Assembly (NCBI GenBank): GCA_003971905.1
Contig: RSEE01000039.1
Coordinates: 186,001-250,000 of the forward strand
Length of the DNA: 64,000 bases
Direction of reading: 5' to 3'
From: Moniliella sp. 'wahieum'
Lineage: Eukaryota
This document shows positions 59,811 to 64,000 of the stretch, piece by piece; position 1 is the first letter of the stretch, and each line of letters opens with the position of its first letter. The position numbers were made by a program, and so were the translations under genes. The notes beneath the pieces are model-generated. The model saw only the letters and a program-made list of their open reading frames with translations. It did no database searches and had not been told where the DNA came from.

Positions 59811-62385
59811 ATGTCCACATCCGCCCTCGCCGCCGCGCGCGCTCTACGCCTTCGACTTGCCCGCCGACCTGGTCGCCCGCCTTGAGCCCTGCGATGCCCT
59901 GACCCCGCGTCAAGTCGAGCCTTCCCGCCGCGCTGCCGCCAGCGCCACCGCCGCTGGGCCCGGTGTGACTCCGGGCGCGGGCCGTTCGTGCTCCACCTGC
60001 CCCTCCGCCCCGACCTTTGCCTCGCCTCGCGACCAGCGGCTGCACTACCAGTCGGACTGGCACCGCTTCAACGCGCTGCTTGTTGCGCGGGGGCACAACG
60101 AGCAGCGCATGGCTGCTGCGCCTTTCGAGCAGGCGCTCGACCGACTGGACGAGATGGAGGACGAGAAGAGTGGGACGACGCGTCTGGATGGGACCCGGTG
60201 GTACGCCTCCTTCGTTCGCTTGGCCTTGCCAACCTGCTGGCGAGGCATCCACCAGGGTGACGCAGCCCTCTCCTCGTCCGACGAGGATCCCGATGCGGAG
60301 GGGGGCCTGATCGATACCGAGCGGCCCACCTGTGGTTTGCGCCGTCCGCGGGCGGCGAGAACGGGGAATGGGCCGACACCCAAATCGGCGTTCATCGTGC
60401 TCTCTTTGAGGATTTGACCGAGCAAGCCAACCCGATGGATTACGCCATGTACATGGTGCGCAACATGCACGTGGGCCAACTGCTGCGCTACCCCCGGGCT
60501 CGGTAGCGGCCAAGTCGGATCCGCGCATGGGACCCACTCGGTCGGGGCTGCGTTCCGCGGCAAGCGGATCCAAGGCGGTGTGCAAGACGTAGGAAAGCGT
60601 GCCCAGTTTGCCATTTTGGATGGCCATGGCTTCATTCCCGGGCTGCGTCTGACGGCGCAAGAGGAAGAAGCGGCAGCCCAATCCGACTCGAGCACCTCTT
60701 CTTCTTCCTCTTCCTCTTCCACGTCTATGCGGGGCAAGGACAGGGGAGTGGACACTGCCTTTGTCGACACCATCTCTTCCCCTCTCTTGCCCGCCGATCC
60801 TCCCCTGCGTCTATGGACGATCATCATGATGGGTGGTGGCCACTTTGCCGCCACGGTGGTGATGCTGAACCCGTATGTCACTGTGACCCGCTCCAAGCGG
60901 CGCGGGGAACGCCACGAACGCAGTCTTGTCGTCTTGGCCCATCGCACGTTCCATCGCTACACTACCCGTCGCAAACAAGGAGGCGGGCAGGCCGCGCAAG
61001 ATGCATCGGGCAAATTTGCCAAATCGGCCGGTGCGCAGCGCGTCGTGGGGAGGAGGCGCTGAAGCGGGAAATTCGTGACTTGCTCGACCTCCCCGGATGG
61101 CGCGCCTTGTTGGCGCGCTCGGAACGGATTTGGTTCCGTGCCTCGATGCGCGCCGCAAAGGATGTGCTGTGGTCGTGGGAGGCGGCGAGCCAGGCGTCAC
61201 CCTTGGATGCAGCTCGGGCAGAGGGACGTGTGTCGGCATTGCCGATTGCCACTCGTCGTCCTACGCTCGAGGAGTGCATTCGATGCTTCTTGAGCTGACC
61301 CGGGTCCGTGCTACTCACTACACCTCCGACCAGCTCGCGGAGATGCAGCGTGTACGCGAGCAGACGGCCAATGAGGCTGAGGTACGCGCTACGCGGCGCA
61401 AGTTGGCTGCCCAGGCCAAGGCTAGCAAGGTCGCCGCCGCCGTCCCAAGAAAGTCAAGGCTGAGATTTCGGCCGAGGAGAAGGCGCGTCGTGCCCGTTGG
61501 GAGCGTTTTATGGAGATGGTAACTAAGCGCAAAGAAGGTGCCGCAATGGGATTCTTGGCCAAGCACGAGTGGGATACGCTGGAGCCCCCCACCGATGACA
61601 ATGGCGCTACCGAAGGTACTGCTTCGCCCAAGGAAAGTCTAAGAAGGCCAAGGCACCCGAGGCAACTGTGGATTCTCCCTTGCCCGCGTGGTGGGTGGCA
61701 GATCAGGTCAAGGCTGCGACCAAGCCCCACACTTTGATCCCGGTCACCCTCCTTCAGTTGGCCGCAGAGAACGATTTGCCGAATTTGGTCGAGTCCCTCT
61801 GGTTGAGCACAAAGCCAATCCTACTCTCCCTGCACTCGAGACGGGCGTGGAACCAGGCACGACGGATGTGCCTGGACCTGCGAGTAACCACCGACCGCCT
61901 ACGACTTGGCCACCTCCAAGGCAGTCAAGGAAGTATTTTTGACCATGCAAGCGTCCCAGCCCACGTGGTGGGATTGGGCCGGCATGGGTCCTGGCGGGGC
62001 ACGCGTCGTACCCCTGTCGGCGGAGGACAAGGCGGACCAAGGCAAGACCCAGCTTCGTCCTGAGGCAGCCAAAGGACGCCGCAACGCGATGCGGGACAAG
62101 GCTAAGGCCCGCGCAGCCGCAGCAGCTGCTGCAACTACCGTCGTGGCTTCCTCTTCGGACGATGAGGAGGAGGAAGCGGCGCCTCCTACAGCCCGGGAAG
62201 CAGCTCTGGCCCGACCTAGCAGCGATCGTGCGAATCGGCTGGGTGGGCCCGGACCTGCGGTGCCTCGTGCATTGCGTCAACAGCTCGCTGATACTTCCAT
62301 CACCCCCGCCATGCGGGCGCGCATCGAACGCGAAAAGAGGGCCCGCGCGGCAGAGGAACGGATGCGCAGGCTGCAGGGCAATTGA
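59811..62385 (+). CDS. VMS1: Vms1/ANKZF1 ribosome-quality-control factor (C2H2 finger, VLRF1 domain, ankyrin-like repeat, VIM)
   Basis: LYAFDLP, CSTC..QRLHYQSDWHRFN, IMMGGGHFAA, HRTFHRYTTRRKQGGGQAAQDASGKFAKSAGAQ, TRRPTLEE, TLLQLAA, C-terminal RIEREKRARAAEERMRRLQGN* (RX5AAX2R VIM). Confidence 0.95.
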
Positions 62386-63551
62386 ATTCATTCTTGTTCT
62401 CCCTCTCACACTACGCGTCCTCATTCGTTTCTTGGGTATGCAGACTCAGAGGGAGATGGGGAAAGGGGAGGAAGGTGTGGCTCCCTGGGGAAATTGTCAG
62501 AATCGTGGGAGGTTTAACCTGGTATCATTGGTGCGAAGATATTGAAGCCTGAGCCTGACAACAGGGAAAACTTCAGTGGGGAGAGCAGATCACAAAAGTT
62601 ACAGATACAGGAGCAACCAGAACCAACAAGAGCAAGAGACCTCATCCGTACTTGGCAATGAACTTGTGGGAAATTGACTAAGCGAGCGCAGAAGGCTCAG
62701 AAATGATGGCGAGGAAGAGACTTGATGCGCAGCAACATATGCGACCGCTCGCGGTAGGCTCATCCTTGCAAAAGCCTGAGCCCCACTGTGACGCAGATTC
62801 CGATCGCATCCGTACTGGTCGGGCCGGCGAAGGGTCTCGACAGAGCGGGAATGACTTTGGCCAGCAAGTCAACCTCAGCGAGGAGGCACATTCTCCTTTC
62901 ATTAGTCCCGCCGAACATCAGGCACGGAAGAGCAAGTGGAACGTGTCCTTCATCTTGCGTGAGCGTGAACGGACTGAGCATCACCAGCGTGTATGCATGA
63001 CCGTATCCTGCTGCTTTTGACCCACAGATCACACGTCGCTCCTTCCTCTTCCCCTTATAGGCGGCTTGATCATAGTATAACGTCTCCATCCTTCTCTAGC
63101 TGGCCTGACAGAAAAGCAAAAGAGGCCGATGGAAACCTTCTTGCGATTCAGGGCTAGGATGGCATTGTGCAAGTAGGCCAACTCGAATTACCGGCCCTAA
63201 TAACCGACCAATCCTTCGAGATAGAGTTGAAGGGAGCCAACTCCACTCCTGGGCAATCGCATGCATGCTGCTGCCGGTGAATCCCTCATGTCCTTGTTTA
63301 ACTTTTGCGACTACAATCGATTCATTATACAACTAATCGGTCCGGTTCTTCAGACCTGTATTGTGAAGTTGTCAAGGTGTTACAATGGCATCGTGCTCTG
63401 GGGGGCCCAACCCTTGGTATTGGCATGACCTCGATCAAGAAGTCTGGTCATATTCTTGAGGATTAAACGTGAAGGCGAGGGGGAAACAAAGCGTACCTTA
63501 CTTCTCTTCGTTGAGTCTCAGCTCTGAACTCTGAGCTTCAAGGAGAATTGA

Positions 63552-64000
63552 TTAGCTTCGCTTTGCCTCCACAATCTCGACCCAGTACAAGTCAGGATCG
63601 TAATGAAGGCGATGTGGCGCATGCGGCCGTCCTCCGGACGCTGTAGGCAAGACGAATGTGGTTAGATCACACGTAGGCGGTGGAGGACGGAAAGGGAGTA
63701 TAGGATGAGATGGAAACGCACCTTCTTGAAGCGCACGCCATGGGCGTCAAAGTGCTTGACAGCCTCCTCGAGCGAGTCAACAGCGATGCAGATGTGGCCA
63801 AAACCTTGCTTGTCCTGCTCATTGCCGTTCACATATACCTGGCCCTCCTCCTTCTCGGTACCCTTGTTCCAGGTGAGCTCCAGACGGCCTCACGAGAAAA
63901 AACGGACGCTTCTTGGCTTCCATGCTTGTAGCCCAAGAAGTAGAGGACAAAGGATCCGTTGTCAGACTCGCGCAAAAGGTCCATGCCCAGCACGTCCTTG
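63552..64000 (-). CDS. GLO1: Lactoylglutathione lyase (glyoxalase I), 3' part; gene runs off the window
   Basis: Own translation: KDVLGMDLL..FVLYFLGY..REAV(L)ELTWNKGTE..NGNE..QGFGHICIAVD..GVRFKK|RPEDGRMRHIAFI.DPDLYWVEIV. Intron 63641-63721 with CTAAC. Missed by the ORF track. Confidence 0.95.

Noticed and set aside
51857..62385. Ubiquitin/proteostasis gene cluster (OTU2, F-box, VMS1)
   Set aside because: Such genes are numerous in fungal genomes and are interrupted here by an unrelated transporter; no evidence beyond chance adjacency.
62678..63332. Short ORFs between VMS1 and GLO1
   Set aside because: No recognisable motif, splice structure or codon pattern; cannot support a gene call. Likewise 4900-5400 and 35900-36500.

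Overview
Gene-dense, GC-rich eukaryotic DNA from a fungus, most consistent with a basidiomycete yeast or smut relative. This placement is an inference from short GT..AG introns with CTRAC/CTAAC branch sites, a CAL-A-type secreted lipase and a Zn(II)2Cys6 factor. About 22 protein-coding loci can be traced: FIP1, a small membrane protein, an ER FKBP, a Cdc4-like WD40 protein, an AYR1-like SDR, a Kin4-like kinase, a LIP-family lipase, ISC1, a Zn2Cys6 TF, QCR9, GPI13/PIG-O, SNF7, an HDHD3-like HAD hydrolase, ALG9, OTU2, an Mch1-like MFS transporter, an F-box protein, VMS1/ANKZF1, the 3' part of GLO1, and several orphans. There are also tRNA-Thr(CGT) and an intron-containing tRNA-Glu(TTC). Almost every gene is broken by 1-2 nt indels in homopolymers or short repeats, most likely an unpolished long-read assembly, so CDS boundaries are approximate. 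No transposase, CRISPR array or rRNA is visible. The main unexplained signal is non-coding. About 17 intergenic sites carry arrays with one shared grammar: a hexamer A-N4-T (usually a perfect palindrome) plus one spacer base, repeated with 7-bp period. Different palindromes (ATCGAT, AGGCCT, ACCGGT, ATGCAT, AAGCTT, AGTACT, AGATCT, ACTAGT, AGCGCT, AACGTT) substitute for each other while keeping the register.
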